From Rhodospirillales bacterium (GTDB taxonomy: Bacteria > Pseudomonadota > Alphaproteobacteria > TMED109), in contig JAPPED010000033.1 in assembly GCA_028824295.1 (NCBI GenBank), positions 21,224-85,223 of the forward strand: 64,000 bases of DNA. The letters are read 5' to 3'. Shown in pieces: positions 17,641 to 29,348 of this stretch. A program made the position numbers and the translations under genes. The notes beneath the pieces were generated by a model that saw only the letters and a list, made by a program, of their open reading frames with translations, ran no database searches and was not told where the DNA came from. Position 1 is the first letter of the stretch. Each line of letters begins with the position of its first letter.

Positions 17641-19000
17641 GTGCCGGGTCAGGTTGGAGTGTACTGGAGGCTCGGGCAGGCAGTGGCTTGCGCGCTGGCC
17701 CTCGCTGCATGCAACAGCCCAGAGGTACCGCCCAAGCCCCTAAACCCTGAGGTCGCCGCATTTGATCGTCTCCAGATGGCGTTGCCTGGCGGAGATGGGC
17801 CGATCGACGCGGAAGCCCTGGTGCTGGCCGCTATCGAGTACGCACCCTCCCGCCGCCGGGCGGAGGCCCGTTTGGCCCACATGGCTGCGTCCGTGCAGTT
17901 GACGGAGGTTAACCAGCCGTTCCTGTACGCACCGGAAGTCGAGTACCACACGGAAGGGGCGCCCTGGACTTTGGGATTGTCGGTCGAACGACCCTTTACC
18001 CGCGAAACCCTGCGGACAGCCCGAACTGACGCTGCGGTTGCCGAACGCGTAGCGGCGCAATGGGCTCTCGAGCGCGTGGGATGGGAGGTACGCGACCATA
18101 TCCTGAAGGCTCTTGTGCGCATCGAGCACACGCGCCTTGAAATCGCCTTTGCCGAGGAAGATGTCGAACTACGGACGCAGGTGGAGGCGATGCTGCGGCA
18201 GGGGCTTCAGGCCGGCGTGTCGCGTCTGGCAGACGCCCAGCGAGCGGCCGCCCTTGCCCAGCAGGCCAGGCTCGCGCTCGACGCGGCGCGCTCGCGGGCG
18301 GCGGAGGCCGAGACCGCACTTGCGGCTGCTCTTGGCGTGTCGCGAATGGCGGTTCTGGGACGTGGAATCCGGCCACCGGTCGGTGAGTTGCTGCCGTCAC
18401 AAGTCGACCCCGCCCAGTTCGACGCGATGCTTCGCCGGGCCCTGGTGCGCCGCTCCGATGTACTGGTGAAGATTGCCGCCTATGGTGCGGCCGAGGCGAG
18501 GCTCCGCGTGACGCTGGCCGAGCTGACTCCCGATATCACCATGGGGCCAGGCATCCTTTGGGACCAGAAGGACCTTGTGCTGCGTCTTGCCGGCGCCATC
18601 GTTCCGGTGCCCGAGATTACGGATGCGCGGGTCGCGATTGCGCTGGCACACCGGGACGAGGCTCGTCTGGCCTTCGAAGAGATGCAGGCACAGGTCCTCG
18701 CCGATGCCGAATCGGCATGGTCCCAGTTGGCCACGGCGGGCCGGGAATCCGCATCGGCGGAAGCCGAAATCACCGCCGCCAGCGAGTACGCTGCGCAAAC
18801 CGCGACTGCAATCCGTCAGCGCACGTTGCCGGCTGCCGCTAAGCCTGACGCGGATCTTCGGTTGCTTGCGGCTCGCAGGGCGGCGGCAGCGGCGGAGTTG
18901 CGCAGGCAAATGGCCTTGATCAATCTGGAATTTGCGATGGAACGGATATTCAGCGACGATTCGGTTCCACGCGGAGCCCCCTGGCACCGCCCATCGCGGG

Positions 19001-19011
<11 letters not shown>
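17641..19011 (+). CDS. Outer-membrane efflux protein (TolC/CzcC family) lipoprotein
   Basis: The C-terminal ~455 aa of track ORF 17176..19011 were kept. A lipobox-like LALAAC|N follows a GTG at 17641 (alternative GTG at 17659). Long Ala/Arg-rich helical repeats are typical of OMF proteins. The first ~155 aa of the track ORF are antisense to yceI. Confidence 0.7.
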
Positions 19012-20164
<1,153 letters not shown>

Positions 20165-20168
20165 ATTC

Positions 20169-23100
20169 GTGCTCGCTCTGATCGTCAAATTCTCGATCCG
20201 GCATCCGGGCGTGGTGGTGACGCTTGCTGCCGCGTTGGTTGCGGCGGGGTTGTGGCGTCTGTCCGAGGGCGCCTTCGACATATTTCCGGAGTTTGCTCCT
20301 CGGCAAGTCATCGTTCAAACCGAAGCACCCGGCTTGACGGCCGAACAGGTGGAAACTGGTGTCACTCGCCCGCTTGAGGAGGTTCTCAGGGGACTGCCGC
20401 GATTGGTCGGGACGTTCTCCGAATCGATCAGCGGCCTGTCGATCGTGAACCTGACGTTCGAGGACGGTACCCGGGACGAGATCAACCGGGCAGCCGTCGC
20501 TGCGCGGCTCGCGGTCGCGTCCGGTCAGCTTCACCGCTCGGCCGCCACGCCAACGATCGTTCCGCTTTCCTCCAGCGCGGCCACCGTCATGACCGTCGGA
20601 TTTACCGCCGAACGGGCGCCCGAACGCCTTCGGTCCACGGTCGAGCGGGTCGTGCTGCCGCACCTGCTGGAGATTCCCGGCGTGGCCGACGTCAATGTCT
20701 TCGGCGGCCAGATCGAAGCCCTCCAGATTCGGCCCGACCCGGAGCGCCTGAGGCGTGCGGGGGTAACGATTGGCGAACTGACGGAAGCAGTACGGGCCGC
20801 TGGCTATCGGGGCAGCGGGCGGGTCGACACGCCCAACCAGACCCTTGCCGTCGTGGTGGGCGAGGGCGCGCTGTCGGTGACAGCCCTCCGGGCTCTCAAC
20901 ATCGCCCGGGCCGACGGGACGCGCATTTCTCTCGCCGACATCGCCGACATCGGGTTTGGCGCCTCTCATCCGATCAGCATGGCGACCGTCGGCGGCGAGC
21001 CCGCCGTGCTGCTCATGATTATCGGTCAGTTCCAGTCAAGCACCGTGGCCGTGACCCGCGGGCTGGACCAGGCGCTCGACGACCTGACACCGGCCCTCGC
21101 CTCGATCGGAATCTTCATCCATCGCGACCTCTTTCGCCCGGCCAGTTACGTTGAACGCTCGGTTGCCAACATCTCCGCCCATCTCGCGATCGGTGCCGGG
21201 CTGGTTGTGCTGGTGTTGCTGGTGTTCCTCTTCGACGTACGGGCCGCAATCATTACCGCCAGTGCGATCCCGGTGTCCCTGATCGCCGCCGGGCTGGGGA
21301 TGCTGGAGACCGGCACGACCTTCAACATCATGGTCATCGGCGGGCTGGCCATCGCCTTGGGCGAAGTGGTCGACGACGCCATCATCGATACGGAAAACAT
21401 CATGCGGCGCCTTCGCCAGGCACTGACGCGTCCAGCGCCGCCCCGGGCCGACGACGTGGTGTTCGATGCTTCAATGGAAGTCCGGAGTTCGATGGTGCAT
21501 GCAAGTGCCATCGTCATGCTCGTGTTTGTGCCGTTATTTGCGGTCTCCGGCGTGGCGGGCCGCATGTTCGCCCCGCTGGGTCTGGCCTACATCCTCGCAA
21601 TCTTTGCTTCCTTGGTGGTCGCGCTGACACTGACCCCGGCACTTTGCCGGGTACTGCTGGCTTCACGTGGCGCGTATCGGGTGCCCCCGCTCATTCGGTG
21701 GATCACGCCTGTCTACGCGTCGACCCTGCGCTTGCTGGGCAGGGTTCCGGGCCTGACAGTTGTGCTAGCGCTTGGCGGCTCGCTCTTCGGCGTGGCGCTT
21801 CTGCCCGGGCTCGGCAGCGCGTTCCTGCCCGAGTTGCGCGAGGGTCACTACATGATTCACACATCGGGGCTGCCTGGGACCTCGCTGGAGGAGACCATCC
21901 GCACCGGTACCCGACTTACGCGGCAGGTGCTGCAGGTCGAGGGTGTACGGTCCATGTCGCAGTGGGCAGGGCGCGCGGAGCGAGGTGCCGACACGTATGG
22001 GAGTCACTACGCGGAATACGAGGTCGAACTGGATCCGCTGTCCGGCGCTGAACAACAAGCCGTATTCGACCAGATTCGGGAGATCCTGGATGGCACGCCC
22101 GGCATCGCTGCGGAACTCAACACGTTCCTGATCGAACGCGTGGATGAAACGGTCTCCGGTTACGCGGCCCCCCTCGTCGTCCGCATCTTCGGCCCGGACC
22201 TGGATGTGCTTGACGCCGCTGCCGCCCGGGTCGCCAACCTGCTCGACGACATCGCCGGCCTCACACAGGTACGCGTGCGCGCAGCGCTCGGACGCCCGCA
22301 AGCCGAGGTGCACCTCGACTGGCAGCGCCTCGGTCAGGCGGGAATCACGCCGGCCGAAGTGGTGGAGGCCGTCGAAGCGGCCTACGGCGGGCTCCAGGTC
22401 GGCACAGTGTTCCGCGACGGCATCCCGGTACCCGTGACGCTTGTGTTCGAAGCGACTGACCGTGCCAATCCGTTCGCATTGGGTGACCTCATGGTGCGAC
22501 GCCTCGACGGGATCCTGGAGCCGCTGAGCGCGTTCTCAGACGTCCGTATGGGACGGGGCCGTTACACCATTCTCCGCGACGGGGGCCGCCGGTTGCAGGT
22601 GGTTACCGCGCACATGGCGGACGCGGACGTGGAAACGGTGGTACGGCGCGTCGAGGCGGCGCTCGTCGAGGCGGACGTTCTTCCCAGGGGCGTGTACTTC
22701 GATTTGGCGGGAACGGCACTGGAGCAGCGCCGCTCGCGGTCAGAGCTGGTGTTTGCCGCGCTGCTGGCCGGAATCGGCATCATGGTGCTGGCCAGAATTG
22801 CGCTGGGACGGGGGCGGGCGCTCTTGCTGGTCCTCGCCAACCTGCCGTTCGCGCTGGTGGGTGGTGTGGTCGCGGCCTATCTGACGGGCGGCGTGGTGTC
22901 GCTTGGCTCCCTGGTGGGTTTCGTCACGCTGTTCGGGATCACGTTGCGCAATTCGATCATGCTGGTTTCGCACTATCGGCATCTCGTGGTGGTCGAGGGC
23001 GCCCCCTGGACGATCGATACCGTGGTGCGCGGCGCGTCGGAACGTCTCCCGTCAATTCTCATGACGGCACTCGTGACGGCGCTGGCGATGCTTCCAATCG

Positions 23101-23291
23101 CGTTCGATGCGGACAATCCTGGTCACGAGATCATGGGGCCAATGGCGGCAATCATCATCGGCGGGCTGGCGTCGTCCACGCTGCTGAACCTGCTGGTCCT
23201 GCCGCTGATCATGCAGTTGTTCGGGAGCTTTGAAGCCGAGCGCCGGGAGGCGGAGGCGCTCTCCGCAAGCCAGGCAGCTTACGAGGGTTGA
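20169..23291 (+). CDS. RND inner-membrane transporter, heavy-metal efflux (CzcA/CusA) family
   Basis: GTG 20169 lies 5 nt after the adaptor stop and gives MLALIVKFSIRHPGVVVTLAAAL... (the family-typical N-terminus). The protein is 1040 aa with a 12-TM pattern. Confidence 0.9.
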   Translation: MLALIVKFSIRHPGVVVTLAAALVAAGLWRLSEGAFDIFPEFAPRQVIVQTEAPGLTAEQVETGVTRPLEEVLRGLPRLVGTFSESISGLSIVNLTFEDGTRDEINRAAVAARLAVASGQLHRSAATPTIVPLSSSAATVMTVGFTAERAPERLRSTVERVVLPHLLEIPGVADVNVFGGQIEALQIRPDPERLRRAGVTIGELTEAVRAAGYRGSGRVDTPNQTLAVVVGEGALSVTALRALNIARADGTRISLADIADIGFGASHPISMATVGGEPAVLLMIIGQFQSSTVAVTRGLDQALDDLTPALASIGIFIHRDLFRPASYVERSVANISAHLAIGAGLVVLVLLVFLFDVRAAIITASAIPVSLIAAGLGMLETGTTFNIMVIGGLAIALGEVVDDAIIDTENIMRRLRQALTRPAPPRADDVVFDASMEVRSSMVHASAIVMLVFVPLFAVSGVAGRMFAPLGLAYILAIFASLVVALTLTPALCRVLLASRGAYRVPPLIRWITPVYASTLRLLGRVPGLTVVLALGGSLFGVALLPGLGSAFLPELREGHYMIHTSGLPGTSLEETIRTGTRLTRQVLQVEGVRSMSQWAGRAERGADTYGSHYAEYEVELDPLSGAEQQAVFDQIREILDGTPGIAAELNTFLIERVDETVSGYAAPLVVRIFGPDLDVLDAAAARVANLLDDIAGLTQVRVRAALGRPQAEVHLDWQRLGQAGITPAEVVEAVEAAYGGLQVGTVFRDGIPVPVTLVFEATDRANPFALGDLMVRRLDGILEPLSAFSDVRMGRGRYTILRDGGRRLQVVTAHMADADVETVVRRVEAALVEADVLPRGVYFDLAGTALEQRRSRSELVFAALLAGIGIMVLARIALGRGRALLLVLANLPFALVGGVVAAYLTGGVVSLGSLVGFVTLFGITLRNSIMLVSHYRHLVVVEGAPWTIDTVVRGASERLPSILMTALVTALAMLPIAFDADNPGHEIMGPMAAIIIGGLASSTLLNLLVLPLIMQLFGSFEAERREAEALSASQAAYEG

Positions 23292-23468
23292 GGCCAGCGC
23301 GGCGGCGCCCGGCCGGAGCCTGGGCCCCGGCAGTGCCTCAACCGCGGTGGTCACGGCGGCAGAAACAGCGTTTCACCGTCATCCGCTGGTTTCCGATGGG
23401 CAACGGCGTGCCTGCCGGAACGACGGCTTCCCGCCACATCATAAAACTTCTTCCACCTGCCTGCGTCG

Positions 23469-24458
23469 TCACGCGGTAGTCATGTGGCCCAGAGCGTCAT
23501 CCAGCGTCCTGGTTTCCGCCAGTGCCCGGCGCCACCGTCGCGCCTTGGGTTGGTCTCGGTATAGCCCCACCAGCGGCCGGGCAACCCGGTGAAAGGGCTC
23601 TCCATCGGCCAGAACGCGGTCCACATACGGGGCGTGGGCGCGGAGGGCTCCCTCCCTTGTTGGGGGCAAGGAGGAAGCAACCCCGAATACGCGCTGATCG
23701 GCTTCGGTGAACTGCCAAGGATGCTCCCAGGCCGCCCGCCCGATCATGGCGCCGCCCAATCCCTGGGCGAGAAATTGGTTGGCTTCGGCGAGCGACCGGA
23801 TTCCACCGTTGATGATGATGTCGAGGTCTGGCCGCTTTCGGGCCAGACGATGGACTCGGGCGTAGTCGAGCGGCGGGACCGAACGGTTCTGTTTCGGGCT
23901 CAGTCCCTTTAGCCAGGCTGAGCGAGCGTGAACGATGAAGGTCTTGCATCCGGCTTCGGCAACCGCGCCGACGAAATCGTCCAGAAACGCGTCGCTGCGC
24001 TGGGCATCGAGGCCGATTCGGGCCTTGACCGTGACCGGAAGACTCGTGTTTTCCACCATCGCCCGAACGCATTCGGCCGTGTGGGCCGGGGTCCGCATCA
24101 GGACGATGCCAAAGCCTCCGTGCTGGACGGAATGGCTCGGGCAACCGCAATTCAGGTTGATCTCGCGGTAACCGTAGGCTTCGCCGTAACCGGCAGCCTC
24201 TGCCAGGCCAGAGGGGTCGGCGCCCCCCACCTGCAGCGCGACCGGCTGTTCGCGCGGATCAAACCGGAGGCTCCGCTCCCGCGGTCCTTCCAGGATGGCA
24301 CCGAGCGGAATCATTTCGGTGTAGAGCAGGGTGTGCCGGGTCAGCAGACGCATGAAACGCCGGAAGTGAGAGTCGGTGCGCTGCATCATGGGCGCGACCG
24401 ACAGCCGTCGATCCACTGCCGCGAGCGCCGGTGATCGCACAGTTGATTCAGCCATCAT
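23469..24458 (-). CDS. dusA: tRNA-dihydrouridine(20/20a) synthase DusA
   Basis: From ATG 24458: ...LSVAPMMQRTDSHFRRFMRLLTRHTLLYTEM...INLNCGCPS...HARSAWLKGLSPKQNR.VPPL.Y. The upstream 111 aa of the track ORF were dropped. Confidence 0.9.
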   Translation of the reverse strand: MMAESTVRSPALAAVDRRLSVAPMMQRTDSHFRRFMRLLTRHTLLYTEMIPLGAILEGPRERSLRFDPREQPVALQVGGADPSGLAEAAGYGEAYGYREINLNCGCPSHSVQHGGFGIVLMRTPAHTAECVRAMVENTSLPVTVKARIGLDAQRSDAFLDDFVGAVAEAGCKTFIVHARSAWLKGLSPKQNRSVPPLDYARVHRLARKRPDLDIIINGGIRSLAEANQFLAQGLGGAMIGRAAWEHPWQFTEADQRVFGVASSLPPTREGALRAHAPYVDRVLADGEPFHRVARPLVGLYRDQPKARRWRRALAETRTLDDALGHMTTA

Positions 24459-24537
24459 CTTCCTGCAATGTGCGGCGATTGCACGGATCGGGACCTGCGC
24501 GGCTCGTGCTGTGTGCGCAACGCCGCGGAGACGCGTA

Positions 24538-25437
24538 ATGATGGCGCTGGCCGCGATCGTCGTCGACAGTCTTGTGTACGCGTCCTGGCTGTTCATCGTC
24601 TCGATCGGCCTCACCCTGATTTTCGGGGTGATGAACGTCCTGAACGTTGCCCACGGAAGCCTGTACGCGCTTGGAGCGTACACGGCCGCCTGGGGCGTGG
24701 GCATGTACGTTGGCGGGGCGCCGGACGCCGGGTTCGTGCTGCTTGCCATCATGCTGGTTGCCGCCATCGTCGTCGGGGTTCTTGTCGGCATCCTGATTGA
24801 GCGCGGCGTGCTGCGTTGGGTTTACGGACGAGATGAAATCGTAATCGTTCTGGCAACTTACGCGGTCTTCCTGGTCCTCGAAGACGTCATGAAGCTGATC
24901 TTCGGGGCGGAATCCTACATCGCATTTCAACCCCGCTTCCTGTTCGGGACGATATCGGTCGCGGGAATACCGTACGTGGGGTACGACCTGCTCCTCGTGC
25001 CATTGGTGGCGCTGATCGGCGTCGGGATCTGGGCGGCGATCCACCGCACGCGACCCGGGAAGCTCTTGATGGCGGTGATTTATGATCGAGAGATCGCGTC
25101 TGCTCTCGGGATCAACGTGGCCCGGTTCTTCACGGTGACCTTCCTCTGTGGGGCCGTCCTGGGCGCGTTGGGCGGCGCTCTCAGTGCCCCGTTGATTTCG
25201 GTCGTTCCGGGGATCGGCGTCGAGCTGATTGTACTGGCGTTTGCCGTGGTGGTGATCGGTGGGCTGGGCTCCGTGGAGGGAGCCGCGATTGGCGCGCTGC
25301 TGGTGGGACTGGGTCGGACGGCCGCGGTGTTTTTCCGTCCCGAGTTGGAATTGTTCGTCGTGTTCGTGGTCATGACGGTGGTCCTGGCAGTACGACCGGA
25401 AGGCCTGTTCGGCAAGCCGCAAACCCGTCGCATATGA
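24538..25437 (+). CDS. Branched-chain amino acid (HAAT family) ABC permease, LivH-like
   Basis: From ATG 24538: MMALAAIVVDSLVYASWLFIVSIGLTLIFGVMNVLNVAHGSLYALGAY.... Confidence 0.9.
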   Translation: MMALAAIVVDSLVYASWLFIVSIGLTLIFGVMNVLNVAHGSLYALGAYTAAWGVGMYVGGAPDAGFVLLAIMLVAAIVVGVLVGILIERGVLRWVYGRDEIVIVLATYAVFLVLEDVMKLIFGAESYIAFQPRFLFGTISVAGIPYVGYDLLLVPLVALIGVGIWAAIHRTRPGKLLMAVIYDREIASALGINVARFFTVTFLCGAVLGALGGALSAPLISVVPGIGVELIVLAFAVVVIGGLGSVEGAAIGALLVGLGRTAAVFFRPELELFVVFVVMTVVLAVRPEGLFGKPQTRRI

Positions 25438-26396
25438 CGGCGCTTCGGAATATCCGTCCGACGACGGCCGGCATTGCGCTGGCCGCAGCGGTGCTGCTCG
25501 GCCTCTGGCCGCTGCTGCCCGCGTGGGCGGCCCATACTACAGCCGTATCACTTGGCGGGGGTCTGGTCGCCCTCGGACTGATGATCCTGATTCGATTCGG
25601 TCTCGTGTCCTTTGGACAGGGTCTGTTCTTCGCCATTGGCGGCTACGCCGCTGCCCTGGCCAATCAGTTTCTCGGCATCACCGACATGCTGGTCCTGAGC
25701 GTGGCCGGGATCGCGGCGGCCGGCGCGATTGCATGGGCTCTCGGTTATATCGTCCGGGGGCACCGGGGCATCTTTTTCGCGATGCTGAATCTGGCGTTCT
25801 CGATGATCCTGTTCGGGATACTGGCCAAGACCGTGGCGCTGGGAAGCACCGACGGATTCAGCGTGGGCGTGCCGACATTGCTCGGGGTCGCGCCGGGCCC
25901 GGAAGCTGGACGGCTCACCTTCGTGCTGTTCGGCTTCATCGTGATTTCGAGCGCGCTCGTTGCATGGATCGTGGATCGGATCCTGGCCAGCCCGGTCGGC
26001 TATGCCGGCCAAGGCGTGCGGGAGAACGAGCTGCGGCTCCGCTACCTAGGTGTCTCCGCCCGTGGAGCCGTCCACCTGGCCTACATCATGGCGGCGAAAC
26101 TTGCGGCGCTCGGCGGCGTGTTCACGGTGCTGCTCATCGGTCATGTGACCCCCGAGGACACCGCCTACTGGACGAAGTCGGGCGAGTTCGTGTTCGTGGC
26201 GATCCTGGGTGGGGCCGGCAACGTCGCGGCTCCGTTCATCGCGCAGACGGTGTTCGAGCTGGTCCGCACGTTTGCCCTGCAATACGTCCCGGAAGCGTGG
26301 CAGATGTTGCTCGGCATCACCCTCCTCCTGGTCATTCTCTTCCTGCCGGGCGGCCTGTGGTCGCTGGTCGACCGACTGCGGGGACGAAATGCCTGA
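25434..26396 (+). CDS. HAAT family ABC permease, LivM-like
   Basis: ATGA overlap with the previous gene. LVSFGQGLFFAIGGYAAA... and a multi-pass hydrophobic profile. Confidence 0.85.
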   Translation: MTALRNIRPTTAGIALAAAVLLGLWPLLPAWAAHTTAVSLGGGLVALGLMILIRFGLVSFGQGLFFAIGGYAAALANQFLGITDMLVLSVAGIAAAGAIAWALGYIVRGHRGIFFAMLNLAFSMILFGILAKTVALGSTDGFSVGVPTLLGVAPGPEAGRLTFVLFGFIVISSALVAWIVDRILASPVGYAGQGVRENELRLRYLGVSARGAVHLAYIMAAKLAALGGVFTVLLIGHVTPEDTAYWTKSGEFVFVAILGGAGNVAAPFIAQTVFELVRTFALQYVPEAWQMLLGITLLLVILFLPGGLWSLVDRLRGRNA

Positions 26397-27159
26397 AGCG
26401 CTGCTCGAGACCCGCGGACTGGGGAAGACCTTTGGTGCGGTGGTCGCCGCCGAAGACGTCAGCGTGTCGGTTGCAGCTGGCGAGATCGTCGGCGTGATCG
26501 GAGCCAACGGCGCCGGGAAAACGACGTTCTGCAACATGGTGACCGGTTACCTCACGCCGGACCGGGGACGGATCCTTTTCCGCGGCACGGACATCACCGG
26601 TTGCACCGTCGGCGAGGCCACAGCGGCCGGGATCCACCGCTCGTTCCAGATCCCGCAACTGTTTCCGGGTCTCACCGTGTACGAGAACCTGCTGCTGTCA
26701 GTGGGGGTGTTCGGCCACCGCCGGCCCCCCTGGTGGAAGCCGCTCGTCCGGCCGGAGATCCAAGAGGCAGCGCGCCGGGTGATGGAGCAGTATCGCATTT
26801 CGGACTCGGCCGAGACGCGGGTGGACCGGTTGCCCCAGGGCGTGCGGAAGTTGCTCGACATCGCCATGGCGATGGTGGGCGGACCTGCCATGATCCTACT
26901 GGATGAACCGACCAGCGGGATCAGCACCGAGGAGAAGTTCGACGTGATGGGCAACGTGATCGATGCGCTTCGCTCGTCAGGGGCAACGGTCCTGTTCGTC
27001 GAGCACGACATGGACGTGGTGGGACGTTACGCCGACCGCGTCATCGCGTTCCGCGAGGGGCGGGTGTTGGCGGATGGCGCGCCGCAGGAGGTGCTCGAGA
27101 ACCCGGCCGTCATCGAGCACGTGGTCGGCCGCCGCCCGCCACGATCTTCCGATGCTTGA
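26389..27159 (+). CDS. ABC transporter ATP-binding protein, LivG-like
   Basis: From ATG 26389. Walker A GANGAGKTT, signature-like LPQGVRKLLDIAMA, Walker B ILLDEPTSG. Confidence 0.9.
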   Translation: MPEALLETRGLGKTFGAVVAAEDVSVSVAAGEIVGVIGANGAGKTTFCNMVTGYLTPDRGRILFRGTDITGCTVGEATAAGIHRSFQIPQLFPGLTVYENLLLSVGVFGHRRPPWWKPLVRPEIQEAARRVMEQYRISDSAETRVDRLPQGVRKLLDIAMAMVGGPAMILLDEPTSGISTEEKFDVMGNVIDALRSSGATVLFVEHDMDVVGRYADRVIAFREGRVLADGAPQEVLENPAVIEHVVGRRPPRSSDA

Positions 27160-27799
27160 GACCCGGAAACTGACCGTCAAGTTCGGGGGCAGCACGATCC
27201 TGCATGACGTCGACCTGCGGGTCGAAGGGTTCACCGGACTGGTCGGGCGAAACGGCGCCGGCAAGACCACGTTGATGCGGGCGGTGATGGGACTGATTCG
27301 CACCCACTCCGGACACGTGCTCCTGAACGGCCAGGACATCACCGCAGTTCCCGCCCATCGGCGCACGCGTGCGGGTGTCGGGTACATGCCGGAGGACCGG
27401 CGCCTGATCCCGGGCCTGACCGTGGAGGAAAACCTGCTGCTGCCTGCATGGGGATCGCGGCGTCCGGACGGCCAAGACCGCTGCGAACGCGCACTCGCCT
27501 ACGTCTCGGAAGTTGCCGACATGCGCTCGCGCCGCGTCGAGCAGCTGTCAGGGGGGCAGCAGAAGCTGGTGGCGCTGGCGCGCGCATTGGTGTCCGGCGA
27601 GCAGGTATTGCTGCTCGACGAACCCTTTGAGGGAGTGGCTCCGGCCCTCGCGCTGAGACTGTCGGAGGTCCTGGCAAACCTCCAGAAAGAAGGCACGACC
27701 GTGCTGATCTCTGAATCAGAAATGGACAGGGCCGGCAGTCTCTTCGAGCGCACCTACCTGATCGAGCGGGGCGCTGTGGAGCCGTGGGGCTCCGCTTGA
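27152..27799 (+). CDS. ABC transporter ATP-binding protein, LivF-like
   Basis: From ATG 27152. Walker A GRNGAGKTT, signature LSGGQQKLVALARAL, Walker B LLLDEPFEG. Confidence 0.9.
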   Translation: MLETRKLTVKFGGSTILHDVDLRVEGFTGLVGRNGAGKTTLMRAVMGLIRTHSGHVLLNGQDITAVPAHRRTRAGVGYMPEDRRLIPGLTVEENLLLPAWGSRRPDGQDRCERALAYVSEVADMRSRRVEQLSGGQQKLVALARALVSGEQVLLLDEPFEGVAPALALRLSEVLANLQKEGTTVLISESEMDRAGSLFERTYLIERGAVEPWGSA

Positions 27800-27929
27800 A
27801 CCAGTTCGCGGCCGGCGCGCCAACGATCTCGGGACCAAGGTCGGGGAACTGTAGGCGTCCCCCGGTGACGACCCGTCAACGCATCCTGTCTCCAATACGG
27901 TTCACGGAGCTCGCCGGATAGCAGGGGCT

Positions 27930-27960
27930 CCGGGCCCATTGGAAGGGCCCGGAAGTTTCT
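27930..27960 (+). terminator. Rho-independent terminator between the convergent livF-like and binding-protein genes
   Basis: CCGGGCCC-attggaa-GGGCCCGG followed by AAGTTTCT. Confidence 0.65.
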
Positions 27961-28001
27961 GCCGCCCCCGTGAGGCACTGACCGGGGACGGCCGCCGCCA
28001 G

Positions 28002-29348
28002 TTACCCGCGCAGAAACCCTTCGAGTTCGTTTTCGGCCCAGGCGATCGCGTCATCGAGCGCCTCGTTGTGAGAAGTCACACGCGCGACCAGATTCCCGAA
28101 CACGCCCTGAGTGAAGATCTGGGCGGCAACGTCATTGGGAGCGGGCGTGCCGCACAGAATGAGTTGTTCGTCGCCACGCGGCGCGTAGTTGTACAGGGTG
28201 CCCGCTGGTGGGCCGGCCTCTTCGACCACGCCGAAGTCACGGAAGGAATCGAAGATGATCGCTTCATAGCCCTTGCTCGCGGTCACCAGCTGCTCCGCCA
28301 CTTCGCGGGTTGCCATGTGCCGTAGCAAGTCCTTGGCGGCTTCCTTGTTCGATGAAAAATGCCAGATGCCCCAGCCGTTCGGGATCAGGTGCCGAAAGCG
28401 TCCGCGCGGGCCGACGGGCAGATCATGGTGCCAAATCAACGGCGCGAGCTCGGGGGCGTCGCGTTTCGCCACGGCCCACGGGCTCGGCGGATTGATCACC
28501 GCGGAGCCGCGCCCCGACAGCATCCAGCGATTGTTGCTCGCGTCGTCCCATGCATAGACCGAATCGGACATGAACTGACTGAGTTCCTTCATGTACTCGA
28601 GCACGGCGCGGGTTTCGTCACTGTTGACCGTAATTTGACGGTCGGCGTCCACCAGGACCGCGCCGAAAGCCGCGAACAACGGTGCGAGCCAGAACGTCCC
28701 GTCCGGTGTCGGCGACAAAGGGGCACCGAACCCGAAGCCCGCGGCATGCAGTTTCTGTGCGGCGGTCAGCAGGGTGCCATAGGTCCAGGTAGCGACCTTC
28801 GCGGGATCACGCGGGCCAGCCGGAAAGATGTCGGGCAGATCAATCCCGGCAATATCGCGAAAATGGTCGATCCGGCTGTTGAATGCGTGGGTCTGGCCCA
28901 TGACGGCCACCGGTGACGACCGCCAGGCCCCGTCGATGAAGAAGCAGTACTTGGCGGCCGGGTCCATCGGGCCGACGTCGGCCTCGACGTCGGCGATCAC
29001 GTCATCAAGCGGTTCGAGCTTCGTTCGCTGGATGCTCGGGCCCCACAATCCCATCTGGAAGATGTCGTGGCCGGTACCGGCGCGGGCTTCTGCCTGCGCC
29101 GTCAGCGCGAGCTTGTTGCCGACACTCGTGATGAAGTCGACCTTGACGTCAACATTGTTCTGCTGCCCCCATTCGGCGCAGATTCGTTCCACCACGGGGT
29201 TGACGCCAGGCACCCAGTGGTCCTGGACGCCAAGCTCCAGTCGTCCGGCCGAATGGGCGGTCTTGACATAGGGGGCGGCCATCGCGACTGCTGCCGCTGA
29301 GCCCGTTCCGAGAAAACGACGCCTGCTGAGAGCTGGAAGTCCTGCCAT
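28002..29348 (-). CDS. Extracellular solute-binding protein (family 1 type) with a twin-arginine signal
   Basis: MAGLPALSRRRFLGTGSAAAVAMAAPYVKTAHSA. The 448-aa protein has the sugar/polyamine-type binding-protein look. No MalFG-type permease genes are nearby. Confidence 0.75.
   Translation of the reverse strand: MAGLPALSRRRFLGTGSAAAVAMAAPYVKTAHSAGRLELGVQDHWVPGVNPVVERICAEWGQQNNVDVKVDFITSVGNKLALTAQAEARAGTGHDIFQMGLWGPSIQRTKLEPLDDVIADVEADVGPMDPAAKYCFFIDGAWRSSPVAVMGQTHAFNSRIDHFRDIAGIDLPDIFPAGPRDPAKVATWTYGTLLTAAQKLHAAGFGFGAPLSPTPDGTFWLAPLFAAFGAVLVDADRQITVNSDETRAVLEYMKELSQFMSDSVYAWDDASNNRWMLSGRGSAVINPPSPWAVAKRDAPELAPLIWHHDLPVGPRGRFRHLIPNGWGIWHFSSNKEAAKDLLRHMATREVAEQLVTASKGYEAIIFDSFRDFGVVEEAGPPAGTLYNYAPRGDEQLILCGTPAPNDVAAQIFTQGVFGNLVARVTSHNEALDDAIAWAENELEGFLRG

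Noticed and set aside
23469-24791. dusA as an occupied integration hotspot, and the 440-aa extended ORF
   Set aside because: The 5' end of dusA is a known target for a family of integrases. Here dusA is intact from ATG 24458, and the next gene is a divergently transcribed livH-like permease 79 bp away. There is no integrase or att-like duplication. The extra 111 N-terminal residues of the track ORF overlap livH and are spurious.
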